Made by a program: the position numbers and the translations under genes. The notes below the pieces were generated by a model that saw only the letters and a list, made by a program, of their open reading frames with translations, had not been told where the DNA came from and did not search any database. DNA of 64,000 nucleotides from Epiperipatus broadwayi (Eukaryota; Animalia; Onychophora), in the NCBI GenBank assembly GCA_028023455.1, contig JAQFVV010000008.1, positions 12,028,001 to 12,092,000 on the forward strand. The letters are read 5' to 3'. Shown here piece by piece: positions 22,426 through 35,950 of this stretch (positions are counted from its first letter, which is position 1; every line of letters starts with the position of its first letter).

Positions 22426-23823
22426 GTGTGCTATATCGATGATGTGGTCATTGCATCGCGCAACCCTCAGGAACACCTGGAGCACCTGAAGCAGTTCTTT
22501 TCTGAATGTGCCCAAAAGAATATTACTGTGAATCTAGAAAAGAGTCACTTTGCTCTAAAAGAAATTGCCTTTTTGGGACACATCGTAGATGGACATGGAA
22601 TTCGGACCCATCCGGATAAGGTAGAAGCAATCCAGAACTTCCCGAGGCCTATCAATAGAAAGCAGATTAGATCCTTTTTAGGCCTCTGCAATTACTACCA
22701 TAAGTTCTATCCAGGCTTTGCAAAAGATACCTCCACATTGCTGGAACTATTGAAGCAACACCGTCGGTGGGAATGGAATGAACAGCACGAGCAAGATTTC
22801 AAGAAAATCAAGGACAATTTCCTCCAGACTGTGATGTTATATTATCCTGATTTCACTCGCCCATTCTATTTGCAGACTGACAGCAGCAAGAAAGGTCTAG
22901 GTGTTGTACTGTTCCAGGTTAATCAAGCAGGCCAACATCAGGTCCTGTACTTCAGTAGCCATACATTAAGAGGTGCAGAAAAAAATTATACTGTCACTGA
23001 ACAAGAGACTTTAGCCATTGTATGGGCGTGCAGCAACTTCAAGCAGATATTGCTGGGATCGGAAGTAATTATAATTACGGACCACCGGTGCTTGGAATTT
23101 CTGAATAAAAGTTATCTAAACAATGATCGCCTTATACGATGGAGATTGTCACTGCAGAAATTCCACTACAAGATAATTTATTGTCCAGGCCCTGAAAATA
23201 TTGTGGCCGATGTATTGAGTCGTCACCCTGTGGAAGTTAAACCTTGCAACCCTATGATATCAGACCAGCCATTAATAATCATGACTAACGTGTTGGACCA
23301 GGAAATTGAAAAGAAACTTAAGAATTTGCAGTATTGGCAGGAAAAGCAGCCCCTGTACAAAGATTTAATGCAAGAAGTCCAAAGGCAAGGAAACCCTGCT
23401 CAAGGATGTACCATTGGTAGGGAAAAAAGGAGATACAGATTGCAAAATGGACTTTTGCTACAACAAACTGAGAATAGATTGTGGAAAATTCTCATACCAC
23501 CTGATTTAAGAAGCCCACTAATCACTTATATGCACAGCCTGGTGGGACATTATGGTCCCAGAAAAACCGAAGACGCCCTGAGGCGGCAGTTTCATTGGCC
23601 TCAGATGTATAGTGATGTATTCCATACCCTCCAGAAATGTAATACATGCGCTAAAAGCAAACCCCCAAATAAGATCTTCAGCGGTACCCCTGCCTCCATT
23701 ATCCCATCGGGACCCAACAAGGTATTAGCAGTAGATCACTATGGGCCACTACCACCCCATCATAGATGTCGGTACCTTTTTGTCACCTACGACATATTTT
23801 CGCATGGGCCTACCCGGTCATAA
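22426..23823 (+). CDS. Gypsy RT C-terminal part, RNase H and integrase HHCC region
   Basis: YIDD, FLGHIV, FYLQTDSSKKGLG, EKNYTVTEQETLAIVW, TDHRCL, NIVADVLSR, HSLVGHYG...C..C, AVDHYGP. Confidence 0.93.
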   Translation: MCYIDDVVIASRNPQEHLEHLKQFFSECAQKNITVNLEKSHFALKEIAFLGHIVDGHGIRTHPDKVEAIQNFPRPINRKQIRSFLGLCNYYHKFYPGFAKDTSTLLELLKQHRRWEWNEQHEQDFKKIKDNFLQTVMLYYPDFTRPFYLQTDSSKKGLGVVLFQVNQAGQHQVLYFSSHTLRGAEKNYTVTEQETLAIVWACSNFKQILLGSEVIIITDHRCLEFLNKSYLNNDRLIRWRLSLQKFHYKIIYCPGPENIVADVLSRHPVEVKPCNPMISDQPLIIMTNVLDQEIEKKLKNLQYWQEKQPLYKDLMQEVQRQGNPAQGCTIGREKRRYRLQNGLLLQQTENRLWKILIPPDLRSPLITYMHSLVGHYGPRKTEDALRRQFHWPQMYSDVFHTLQKCNTCAKSKPPNKIFSGTPASIIPSGPNKVLAVDHYGPLPPHHRCRYLFVTYDIFSHGPTRS

Positions 23824-24524
23824 GGGCAGATTCAAAAAGTGCAATTAGAGCGTTACAGTGCAAGCAATTTGTGACTATCGGCAAGCCTGAAGCAATACTC
23901 TCAGATCACGGCTCGGCTTTCACTTCACGAGAATGGCAGACCCGGATAAAGAGCCAGGGTCTCAGGCATGTGATGACATCCATTAGAAACCCCCAATCCA
24001 ACCCCTGTGAGAGGGACATGCGGGAAATTAACCGGCTGTTTCGGACATACATCCACGATAACTACCAGGGCTGGGTCAACCGAACAGAAGAAATTTTTCA
24101 GTATATTAATGGAACCATTAATGAGGCTACAGGGCTAACACCAATGCGTCTTCATTTTAGTAAGCCAGAGCAACCATTAATTAAAATACCCCTGCCCAAG
24201 GATGATCAAGAAGTTGACAGAGAAGAGGACCGGCGAGCAGTTCATCATCGTCTGAAAGCCCGGGTAGAAAAAAAACAATTAAAGGAAACAAGGTCCTACC
24301 AATTTCAAGTTGGGGATCATGTATGGGTCAGAACTCCAAAGCCCAGTAGCCGGGACCAGTGTAAATTCAAGAAGTTTTTCCCAATGTATCAAGGGCCATA
24401 TGTGATAAAACGGGTAAGCGGCCCAAATGCATATTTACTGGAGGATAATGGGACCATAAGAGGGACTTATAATGCTAGGAGCCTAAAACCCCTTGTATAT
24501 CACCCACCAGACCCAGGATTATAG
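23766..24524 (+). CDS. Gypsy integrase core and GPY/F C-terminus (frameshifted from the previous ORF)
   Basis: ILSDHGSAFTS, NPQSNPCERDMRE, TGLTPM, YQGPYVIKRV. No chromodomain evident. Confidence 0.92.
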   Translation: MSVPFCHLRHIFAWAYPVIRADSKSAIRALQCKQFVTIGKPEAILSDHGSAFTSREWQTRIKSQGLRHVMTSIRNPQSNPCERDMREINRLFRTYIHDNYQGWVNRTEEIFQYINGTINEATGLTPMRLHFSKPEQPLIKIPLPKDDQEVDREEDRRAVHHRLKARVEKKQLKETRSYQFQVGDHVWVRTPKPSSRDQCKFKKFFPMYQGPYVIKRVSGPNAYLLEDNGTIRGTYNARSLKPLVYHPPDPGL

Positions 24525-24864
24525 TTTTTTTTTTTAAAAAAAAAACCACAACAAAAAAAAAAAAAAAGAGAGAAATGGACACGTCACAGAATAAGATAAA
24601 AGGAGATCGGATATAAACAGTGTTAAACTATTAGTTTTTTAAATAAAATTTTGTTGAAAGGGGGGAAAAGATAATAGAAAATGTTCGCTAGATGGTAGAT
24701 TTATTAATATGGTCCAGGTATATAATTCAGTTTCATTTCTTCATTATATTTATATCCTGTACATTATGGGTTATCTTGTAAATTTTGTTTATGCAGGCTT
24801 CATAGGTGGACACCTGTTGTAAGATTTTTTTTTAATTTTTTTTTGTTCCGTCACTAAGGGAATG

Positions 24865-27595
24865 TGAAACAGTAAGGTTTGCTTTGCAGATCTTCGTTTC
24901 ACCTTTTCTTGCCTATTTCCTACCCTCATACCTTAGTTTGAACCCCAATCTATCGTAGTGTGTCTGCAATTCGCTTATATACTGAAAATCCCGCCTAATT
25001 TTAAACCACGAGCACAATGCTCGTATTATATATATAACTCATTCCCAAATAAAATAAAAAGATTATAGATTATGTATGTTCACATAATTTTGATTTATTA
25101 AAAAGTAGGTTATATAAGTCGTAATTGCTCACACACTATGATATGCATTTTAAAACATATCAAAATTATAAATTGTTAAAATTATTTTGTTTGAATCTAT
25201 TTACAAATATATTACCGTCGTAATATATTTTGATTTAAAATAAAATTCATTTAGTAAATATTCGTTTAGTAAATAGATTCAAATATTGCAATTTAAAAAG
25301 TAAAATCATTTTCTTTAATTTAATAAAAGTTATTCCAAATATTTTCGTTAAAATAAATCGGGGACAATAGTTTAATTAGTTAATATTATATAAGTTTATC
25401 TAAAAACAGCAGATGTCCACTTAAGGTTTTCTTTAATTAGTAAAAGTAAGTTTTAATTAAATCTAGTTTGTAATCCGAATGTCGACAGGGAAATTAACAA
25501 AAGAAATTAATTAATGTTGAATTCCTTTAGACATTGGGATAGATTTAATTACAGCTGATAAGTCCGATATATTTTTGTAATGCTCCAGGGCAGTTCTATT
25601 GTTATCGTCTACTATAAAAAGAATGGTTTTCTTTTGTTCTCCAGTTTTCTTCTAATGTTTCTAAGAGAAATCATTCTGAGGTCTAATGTGTCTAACCAAA
25701 ATTATTGTAGTAATTTGTAAATCTTGACATGACAGAGTAGAGTGCAAAAGGCTATTTCTCTCCGAAATGGTCATATGCTGCCGTATACCATCGGAAGTTA
25801 TCACATGGGGAACCCCGGAACTGCTGCTGCTGCCAAAAATATGAACATTTCCAGATTTTGCTGTTAAATTATATAAAAACCTGCCGACCATCAATCTACC
25901 TAAATGCTTCTCCAGAGGTAACCCTAAATTAACCCAAGAGCTCTTGTGATTCCTAACTAACATGCTATAGCTATTTAACATTGTTTTCTTATATTTCACA
26001 TAACTTCATTATGTATTTCTTTAACGTGTTTAAATATACTCAACATTTTGCTCTCTATCCTTGGGTTAATATTTTCTATTTATAAAGCTTTCTTTTATTT
26101 TATTATGATAATGTGTCAGAATCGTCTTTGACCGAGTGAACCATTCCCTTTATTGAAAGTAAGATGCCGCTATTAAGGCATATTTTAAATTTATAATTTT
26201 CCAATTTTATTATCTTGCAAATCACTCGTTCGAGGGCGATTCTTTTCTTTAATATAATATAATCACATAGTTTAAAATCTACATGTTATTGATTTTAATC
26301 TACCATGAGAGTATGTGCGAGGTCAGTGATTTAAATGTGTCCCCAAATGCATGATTGCGTATATAAATCTATACTTACTTTTCAAACCCGCAAGCATGCA
26401 TTTTCCTATTTTAATTACCGTGTTCTACTTTAATTATAAAGTTCATCATTGACGTCGAGAATGTGCGGACCCTTTTAAATGAATTTCGGGGAATTTGATT
26501 GGGCATTTCTCTTAATCCGAGTAAAACCCATTTAGTATGTTTTTATATACATTAGTCTCGTATTGCTGGTAAATGAATTGGTTGTTGAGACCGCTTTGTT
26601 TTATTTTTCCAAGGATTCTTTACATGGCAAAGTCCGTTCTTTTCGCTTATTGCAAGTTTCCAGGCAGAGGGTGTCCCAAATGACACCCCTGGGAATTAAA
26701 TGCAATCGTCACACAGTCGCTAAGTTTCGGCTGTTCATAAAATACTTTCCTACGGGTTAGCGGCGAGATGCCCTCCGTAATTATTCCGGATCTTCAATAT
26801 TGTTTTATTTTATATTTATTTTACAAAGCATCCGTGACTTAAACGTGTCACACCCTCCAACTTTAATAAATTCATTATCAGCAATACTGACCTCCCAATG
26901 TAACTCTATTATTATTATTCTCAAATAAATGCCTTGATCACATTCCCACTTTGTTGCTTAGTAAGCTTTTGTCCGTGCTATTCTCGAAATCAATAAATAT
27001 TTTAGAACACTTAATTTTCAAATATTTTCTTAGACTTGTATAATTACTCAAAGCACCTCGCACATGTTCCTATCTCATCAAGCACATTATCGTAATGCTA
27101 TTGGCCCAAGGATTAGAATATATCCCTTTGCTTTAAAACCTTTTGTCATTTATTGAAATTAATGCCAATAATTATTTAATGCGCGTCCCTGTCTCATATA
27201 AGCAGACAGTGGCGTTATATATATAATTTATATGAATAAATTTTGTGAAATTATTTAAAACTAAATTTGAACTCTTATTTTATTTGATTCCTATCACTGT
27301 CTCGGTCTATATATATATTTTCTGCATTTCTTTTGTAAATCCATAGACGTTAATTAGCCACTCAAACTTCTTTTAGTATAGAGTCTTTTGTTTCTCCCTG
27401 ACCACCAGGCACCGGTCAAAGGTCATACTAGTAGTGGCATCAGATGCGTTTGTCACGTAGATGGCGCTGTGAAATTTGGACTTTAGATTCGAACTTAATA
27501 TATCTAGAAGGCAACCCCTCCTGGAATGTTCAGTTTCGTGTCTGGGGTTTGAATTCTGCAGTGTGTTAGCGAGATAGACGATTCTGACTGTTACA
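24865..27595 (+). repeat. 3' LTR (2731 bp)
   Basis: Direct repeat of the 5' LTR, preceded by a short purine-rich AAGGGAATG. Differs by scattered substitutions and small indels near 27250-27310. Confidence 0.95.
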
Positions 27596-27949
27596 ATATA
27601 TATCAATTTGATAAGTAGATATTTTATTATTACATTTAGGAAATTTTGTGTGATTTTAAAATTTTAATGTCCATAAACTTGGATTTTTAACTGACTTGGT
27701 TTGTCGTCCACCCCCCCATTTAAGGCAAACTAGATCTGGATATCCCTTCAGAGAGAGAGAACAAATTTCATTAGGGCATGAACATTTTAACAATATTACT
27801 TTTTATTGCATCATTCAATGTGCCATTTCAGTTTAACAATTTAGTATTTTTATATGCCTACATAGAATATCAGAGTATCTGATATGTTATATTAAGAAAA
27901 ATTATTAAAATTTTCCAAAGTAATTTTTAATTGCTTTATCATTAATTTA

Positions 27950-29500
27950 ACTTTTTAAAGTGAAGTGAAATTCGGTATCGATCTAGTTGGCCATCTACAT
28001 TTGAATGTTCTCTTTAAATACTGGGATGACTAATCGAGAAATTGAAATTTCTTTGCAAAAATGACGATTTATCATAATGGTAATATTTACTAGGACTAAA
28101 TTTATAAATTCACTGTTTTATCTAAAATTTCTTAGTATTAGTTTTTATTGACAGGTCCCTTCTGTTTTTTTGGCAAACTTTTATTTCTCTTTATAATTTA
28201 TTTTGGGTTTAAAGAAAGAGAGGGTTGGAGGAGTGGGAGAGAGATGGGAGGGGGAGCATCTTTTATCAATTTACAAAATAGATAAATTTCAAATAACCAT
28301 TTTCTTATTTGTAATTGGGAATAAAAATCGGTTTGGAAATCTGGATTCTTCTATTTTTGTTTTTAGATTGTTTCTTCTTTTCAATTGTGGGGGTGTTTGA
28401 GAACTAGTAATACTGTTATGACTAAATTTATAAATTCACTATGTAATCTAAAATCTCTTATTAATATTCTTTTCATTGATAGGATTGTTTTTGTTTTGTT
28501 TTTTGCAAACTTTTATTTTTTATAAATTCAACATAAATTAAAAAAAAAAATCCAAGATTAAAAAAAAGAAACATTTTTCTGGCCTGTCACATGTTACAAA
28601 AAATACTTGTTAGAAAATAATTTAAAAATAAGCTTGTGTTGATTTAAAATGTTTTTATTTGAAAAAGTTTTGATTTAAATTGTATTATTTTTTGATTATT
28701 AATTTTAAAAAATAAAATTCAAATCAATAGAAATCAAGTTTTCATTTTAAGCTCTTTTATTTGGTTAATTTGTTGTTGTTTCAAAAGCAGCCAGTTCATT
28801 TTTGTTTGGAGCGTTTGTTGGATTTGTATTGAATGTAGCTGGATCAAAATTTACAAAGCAATTCATCCCTTTCCTCTCTCCCCTCACTTATTAAAAAGCC
28901 AATAAGAAAGAAATTTATAAATTTTTAAAGATGAAATAATAAAAATTTCTAAAATACATCTGTTAATTACAAATGAAAAGTTGTTGCTTGAATTAGGTAA
29001 TATTACAGGAAGCAATTCCTCTCTTTCACTGCCCTTTCTCTTTTCACTTTTAAAAAGCCAATAAGAAAGAAGAAATTAAAAAAATTTTAAAGACAAAATC
29101 ATAATTTCTGAAACAAATCTGTCAATTACAAATCAAAAGATGCTCGACGCAATTTACCCCTTCTCTCTTTCTCTCCTCACTTTTTAAAAAGCCAATAAAA
29201 AAAGAAGAAATTTACAAATATTTAAAGATAGGATAATTGAAAAAAGCAAATACTATTAAAAGTTTGCAACAACAACAACACAAAAAAAAAGACCTAGCTA
29301 TGAAAACTAATATTAACAGGTTTTAGATTACACATTGAATATACAAATTAAGTCATAGGAGATAAATCACTATTTTTTTAAAGAAATTTTCAAATCGATT
29401 AATCATCTCAGTATTCTTTCATGACATCAAAGCAAATGTTTAAAGAGTTAATCAAATGAAAATATAGATAGCCTAACTAGATCGGTACCATATTTTCAAG
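27950..29500. mobile_element. Old foldback/MITE-like element with long imperfect terminal inverted repeats and internal short repeats
   Basis: GAAATTCGGTATCGATCTAGTTGGC...ATACTGGGATGACTAATCG (27967-28040) is inverted at ~29390-29498. AAAAAGCCAATAA recurs three times at 28890-29200. Confidence 0.45.
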
Positions 29501-30220
29501 TCACCAGTCTGTTTGTTTGTATAGTACATTAAGTAATATTACTTCACTTTTACTGTTACAAATATAACATTAATTTTCTTTTTCTTACTAATAATTTAGT
29601 GCAAATTAATATATTTGAAATTGTAAATCTGTAAAATAAGAAATGTTATATTTTGTTATGTTAAATTTGTTTTACATATAATAAATTAAAATTATTTCTA
29701 TATGGGTTTTCTGAAACCTGTGTACAGTTGATTAAATTAAGAAAGGGATACAATTTTATTGGAGTATATATATAATTTGATATTACAAATTACAGTAGTT
29801 TCATTTGTCATATTAAACTTACTGAATATAATTTTTTTTTTAAACTTATAAGTTTATTTAATTTTTTTTTGATAATCTTTTATTGTCATAATTTCAAAAT
29901 ATTACTTCTTATATATATAAATCATGTAATTAACTACTCAGGAAGTGATAATGACGTTCAACCACAAAGATTCTAGTAAAAAAAAAAAAAAAATTCAATT
30001 GAGTTGCAACATGATGAATTAACTATTTGCCAATACTGGGCAATATTTATTGTAACCCACATCCTTGATGGGTACGGTATTAAGGTGCCAATCAATTATT
30101 AAAAATTTGATTGTTTTTTTCTGTATGTTTTAAAATATTTTTTTATTTAAAATAAATTTATGTTTTGCAAATTTTGTTTTGACAACTTTGAAAATCAGAA
30201 CATTTTTTGAAAGCTTTTTA

Positions 30221-31393
30221 TATGAAATCTGACAAATAACTTCACAAACTCATCTTTAAAAAAATGCATTGCTGAATATTACTATAGTCACCTTCAAAAT
30301 ACTCCCCTTGAAAAACTATGCACTGTCGCTAATGTCTAGTCCATTCTTCAAAATAAATTTGGAACTTTTTCTGGAATGGCCATCAAAGCAGTCATAATAA
30401 TTATCTTTGACATTCTTAATGTCATCAAAATATCTTCCTTTCAATATTTTCTTTATATTTGGATAAAGAAAAAAGGCAATGGTTGTAAAATCAAGTGAAT
30501 AGGGAGGGTGTTACAATACAGTTATTTGTTTACAGCTAAAAATTCCCTCACAGATAGTACCATATGAATTCATGTATTGTCATGATGCAAACATCTCGAG
30601 TTGTTGAAAAGTTCAAATCATATTCATCTAGCTTTTTCACATAGCCTTTCGTAATAGTAAACTTGATTCATTGTTTGTCCAGTTGGTACAAATTCAAAAT
30701 GAACAATCCTTCTGATATCAAAAAAAGTTAGCAACATTGTTTTAACTCTTGATTTGGACTGATGGAACTTTTTTGATTGTGAAGAATTAGCTGATTTCCA
30801 TCATACACTTTAATGATTTGTTACAGATTCATTTTGGTACACGCATATTCATCACCAGTCATAACATATATGAAAACAATATCTTGTCTTTCCAAAGAAT
30901 CTTTGCAAACTTCGATTCCCCTTTGCTTTTGTTCATTGGTGAACTTCTTCAAGATCATTTTTACACACATCTTTCTCATGCCAAGATTTTCACTTGAGAT
31001 TTTTTTAACTGTTTTTATATTGATGTTTATTTGATCTACTATGCCTATGCCCTTCGCAGTCAGTACTTGATTTTGATGCTCACCTCAAGAAATTTTTACA
31101 ATGTTTGCTTCAGTTTTGTTTGTTACTGGCTACTTTTGATCTCTTCATCAGTGTCAGTTGCACACTGCCATTTTTTTTTCATGGCATTATTCCCATAAAC
31201 TTGGACTAAAATGTTCCTGATTTCACTTCCACTCTTGCCGAGCTTAACAAGAAATGTAATGTCTATTTGTTGCTCTCATGTCAGCACATAAAAACATGCA
31301 ACAATAAGTCACGACTACTGTGAGACTTTAATACAAAATTATGAAACATAAGCAAATGGTTTCAAGATTTCAAATTTAATTGTCAATCTCATA
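30221..31393 (-). mobile_element. Decayed mariner (Tc1/mariner) transposon
   Basis: TA-flanked imperfect TIRs (TATGAAATCTGACAAATAA / TATGAGATTGACAATTAA). Minus-strand remnants EQQIDITFLVKLGKSGSEI, LGMRKMCVKMI...EQKQRGIEVC, VMTGDE, LSVREFLA. Confidence 0.85.
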
Positions 31394-33559
31394 TATGTAT
31401 ATTGAAGCGGTGCATATATGCTCACATATATGCTTGCTTCATTTTTTTTCATTTCTGCCATTTTTCCCTTAAATTCTAACTTTTCCTAGAACTCGCACAC
31501 ATAAATAATCGGCATGTATGTGTGCAATTGTGTAATATATTAATGTAGAAATGATTTAAAATAAACCTAGGAAAGGGAAAATAAAATTTCAAGTTAAATA
31601 AATAATTATTTAAAGTTAATGCAAGAAAACAAAAGGAAAAGATTGATTAATGGAAATAATCCATTAAGTATGTAAAAGTTGGTGCCTTATTCAAAAAAAT
31701 CAGTAAAATAGTTATGGTTCAACAACTTTAGGATAAGAACATGTCTAAAAAGTGTTAAAATAAAGACAAAAGAGATACAAAATGAACACAGGAAAGAATC
31801 AGAAGTCAAAACAGTTAAGGAAAAAATAATGGAAGAGCAATTAGCTAAATAGAAAATATGAAAATCCATTAAATCATCTCGTGATAGTTAAGAGCTCCCC
31901 AAGACACTTCAAAAGAATATATAAACTTTTAAAATGTATTGTTAGGGATCAGAGAATATTAATTGCTTTCTCCTAACAGAAGTGCACATTAAGTTACATA
32001 ACAGAATGGGCAAGTAGTTCAATGTCGGCTTCTACAGTGTCATCATAGGGAAGAGCGATGTCCTGAGATGAGCTAGTGTGATATAGAGATGTCCAGTGTT
32101 ACAGTCATTCAAATGCTGATATAGAAAGACTTAGTTACCTGCTGTATCAATAACTCGTTGCCATGACAGAAGAAATGCTCCATAAGACCGTCATTAGAGA
32201 GCGTCCATCATAAAAAGATTTTCTCAACTCAAGTGCTTGATCGACTTCATGAAGCTGCTGGTAAAATCTTATAAATTATTAATATTCCAAATATAAAATG
32301 TTTTATTTATTTCTTAACCATAACTAAAACATATATATATGTGCACTAGCCTTTAATTTTAATATTCTAAAGATTTCATTTTGGATTAATAATGCTTATT
32401 GGGCTAAAACATTAAATTTTTTTTTTTTTTAATCCTATCTTATTTTACTTATAAAGATTGGATGGAGGGATTAGCTGAATAAAATGTAAACACCACCTTG
32501 TGTTGCTTTCATGGCATCTCAAGGGACATCACAGACCAAGTATAAGCCAAGACTAGGAAATATTAAAAAAAAATTAAAAGTTATAATACATTGATTTTAG
32601 ACTTTATTTGCAGTTCCCCCCTCCCCCATTGTCTTAAGTAAAGGTTGTTTTTGATGAGCAATACTATTATAATTTTTACAAATATCTTTTGTTTAGGTGC
32701 ATCACGTATTAAAGTTATAATAAATAAATAAGTAAATTGATTTGTTCTTTTAACATATATTTCCCCAGGAGTAAATATTTTTTTAGTATTTAAATTATTT
32801 TATGAATAGCAATCTGTGTTTTTAACATAAATATATGTAATACTGCTCTATATCTGTATACTAAGAGTGAATTGCAAATTTTATATATTTGAATAACTTA
32901 ATATGATAAAGAATGGATTGAATACCAATTATTATGGGTTAATATTCACCTTTTTTTATTATTATAATATATTAGCTAGATTAAGAAAGCTATAATTAAG
33001 TTGTAGACGAGCTAGAAGTTTTCATAAATCTATATTTTCATTACATGGGGATATGAGCGATCTTATTAGATAAATATTTCGTTACTTAATGTTAGCTTAG
33101 GGTGACTTAGTTTAAGGTATCTTTTTTGTTATATCTATCATTGCATTAGTGCATAGGAGATGTGCATTATTGTAAATGAAATTATTTATTTTCATATTTT
33201 GTTTTATTTATCTGTGCTCACTTATTAAAACATATTTCAATCACTTGTTACGTGCGAATAAACATTATATTTGCCCTGAGATGATAGATTATTTGATTAT
33301 TGAATTTATTTTGAAATTAATAAAAAATTTTCCTTTGATTTCTTAATATATTATTTTATCCTCTTTTTCACATTTATTCACCCTTATAAATGTAGGAATA
33401 AACTTAAATGCTTAAAAAAGTCTCATTATTTATGAAATGAATTTTATTAAAGTTTAGAACCAACTTCCTATTTTAAACAACACCATTTCGTTTGTGGGGC
33501 ATATCTGTTAAAAACAGCTCTTCGTGCCTCCATATTGCTACAATATATAATGCTAAGGG

Positions 33560-35950
33560 ATTTAAGTACAATCCTAGGCCGCAACTGATTCAAACCTCTT
33601 GGAATTAGAATTAAAATTATAGAGATTAGTTAGAATTTGATATCTTGGAAAAGTTACTGCAGCTGTTAGTCGGTCCAGCAGAGTTGAAATTACAACCCAT
33701 TGATATACTTATTTAATAACGCTTAGCCTGGAGATCAAGATAAGTATCGTTTGCTCTAAAACCTAAACTGGGCAAGACCCTAAATGATTTAGTTAAGAGA
33801 GTCATAATTTCACCCTTTGAAGAATCAGCTGGATGATGCCCATTGTTGTGATTCTAAAACTGTTAGGATAGTACGATTATGTGGCAACTATCACATAACT
33901 ATAAACAAAAATATAAATAAAGGCGCTTACCCAGTATCTATTGTTCAAGAAGTTTTAGTTTTCATTACAAAAGGCTTCTTATTTTGCTACAATAGATTTG
34001 CAGTCTATGTTCCACTAGATTCCAGTTACCACTAAAACAGGCAAGCTCTTAACTATTAATACTCACTTGGGATTATCTAAGTATAACAAACTATCTTGCA
34101 GAATAACAATAGCCCCAAATATGTTTCAAGCAAAGATAGGCAATTTTTGAAGGTAATAGAAGTTATATCATACCTTGATGACATTCTGATAACTGCTGAG
34201 ACAGAAAGTGAGCTCAGAAAATGCATTAACACTGTGGAAACTTAATGTAACTAAGTGCATATGGTCTGTTAGAGAAATCAAATTCTTAGACATGTCATTA
34301 TAGATGAAGGATCCAAATCTCGAGAAAGCCAAAAAACATCAGAATTTGCAAGCGATCTTGGGACTACAAATTTCATTAAGAGTTTCTTGATGGGCAAATC
34401 TCATATTGTGACTTCACTCTATGAATTGTTAAATGGTGGAGATGGGAATCAAAATGGATGTAGCATTCAAGAAAATAAGACTTACTAATGTCATACCAAC
34501 TGCTGGTACATTATTGCAATGACCTAGAAGTAATTATGACTATGGAACAAGTAAAGTATTGACATTGTGATTTCTCACAAAGTTTATGGAGGCAAGCTCC
34601 CTGTTGCATACCCATCGAGAATATTAGCTGCTGAGAAAAATTATAGCCATCTTGATAAAGAAGCTCTGCTATTATGTTTACTGTGAAGAAATTTCATCAA
34701 TACATGTATAGACATGCCATAAAACTTTTAATGGAAATATTGGAAAAATTAAAAATGCCTCCAGACCATGGAGTCAGTGAAGTTAATATGCATAAACATG
34801 CTAGTTTTCTATGATTTTGAATTAACGTATGTCAGGAAAGCAAATTATTCGTGCTGATGATTTATCAAGAATACCAGATACATATGGACACAAATCACTA
34901 ATCAAGGAAACTACGGAGATTTAATAAAATCTGAAATATTGAACAGTACTGTCATGGCTAAATGGACTAAGAATAATTCAGGATGCCAGCTAATTTAGCA
35001 ATGGATTCAAGGTGGATGGCTTAAAACCAGACCAAATTATGTTATCTGTCCCAACTGGCACACTCTTGAGTCTGTCCATGTTTAACAGATATATATTAAT
35101 AACAAACCACATGTTGAATTCTACCGAGGGAGAAAATGTTTGATGGATCTACTACACAAGGGAAATCCTGGGATAGTTAGAACCAAAGAGTAAGGTATAT
35201 CTTATGTATGGTGGCCTAACATGAACTGAAATGTAGAGCAAGTTGTAAAGAGATGCAAAACGTATCAATCAACAATGAGACTACCCAGAAAGGAGCTGGG
35301 ACAATGGCTACAAACTACCAAGCCTCAGCAAAAGATTCATATAGATCATGCCAGCCATTCTGTGGAAATATATTCATAGTTGTCATCAACTCATATTCCA
35401 AATAGACTGAATACCGAGTAGTGAATAATATAAATGCAAAGAATATAATGAAAATATTAAATCAATTAATTTCTTTTCAAGGATATCCTGAATTAATTAT
35501 TTCTTATAATGGGGCAGGATTTAAATCATTGCAATTGAAAGACTTTTTGGTTAATAAGGGGATACCACATATTAGAACTTCTGTATTATTTCGAGTCCAA
35601 TGGATTAACTAAAAAGCCATGTAAAAATTGAAGTTTACATTGAATGAGAGGAAATATGCAAACATTTGTGAAGTGCTGACAACCATCATGTTCTATTAGC
35701 ATTTCAAATGAAGTATTGTCACTAGCAAAACACCAGAGGAAATGTTGAACAGAATATTTAGAACTCGCATCTTAATCCTGAAAAAGAATAAGAAAAGGGA
35801 GACAAATTTAAAAATGACAAGTTCAATTTAGGAGAAGCAATTTGAAAGAGATGGCAAATACAAGATAATTAGTTGGTGGTAAAGAAGTTAGCAGACTCAT
35901 TAACCATATTAGAAGTCATTTAAGTGATTCACTTGATAAAATAAATGAAA
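33560..35950 (+). pseudogene. Heavily decayed Ty3/Gypsy pol (different family from 16273-27595)
   Basis: Remnants LGRN (protease end), VPLD, SYLDDIL (~34168), EKNYSHLDKEAL (~34635), GIVRTK..WWPNM (~35170-35226), PELIISYNGAGFKS. Many stops and frameshifts. Confidence 0.85.

Larger units (their letters stand above)
16273..27595 (+). mobile_element. Full-length Ty3/Gypsy LTR retrotransposon, inactivated, no env
   Basis: Two ~2.7-kb LTRs, ATAT TSD (16269-16272 and 27596-27599), gag-PR-RT-RNaseH-IN order. Confidence 0.97.
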
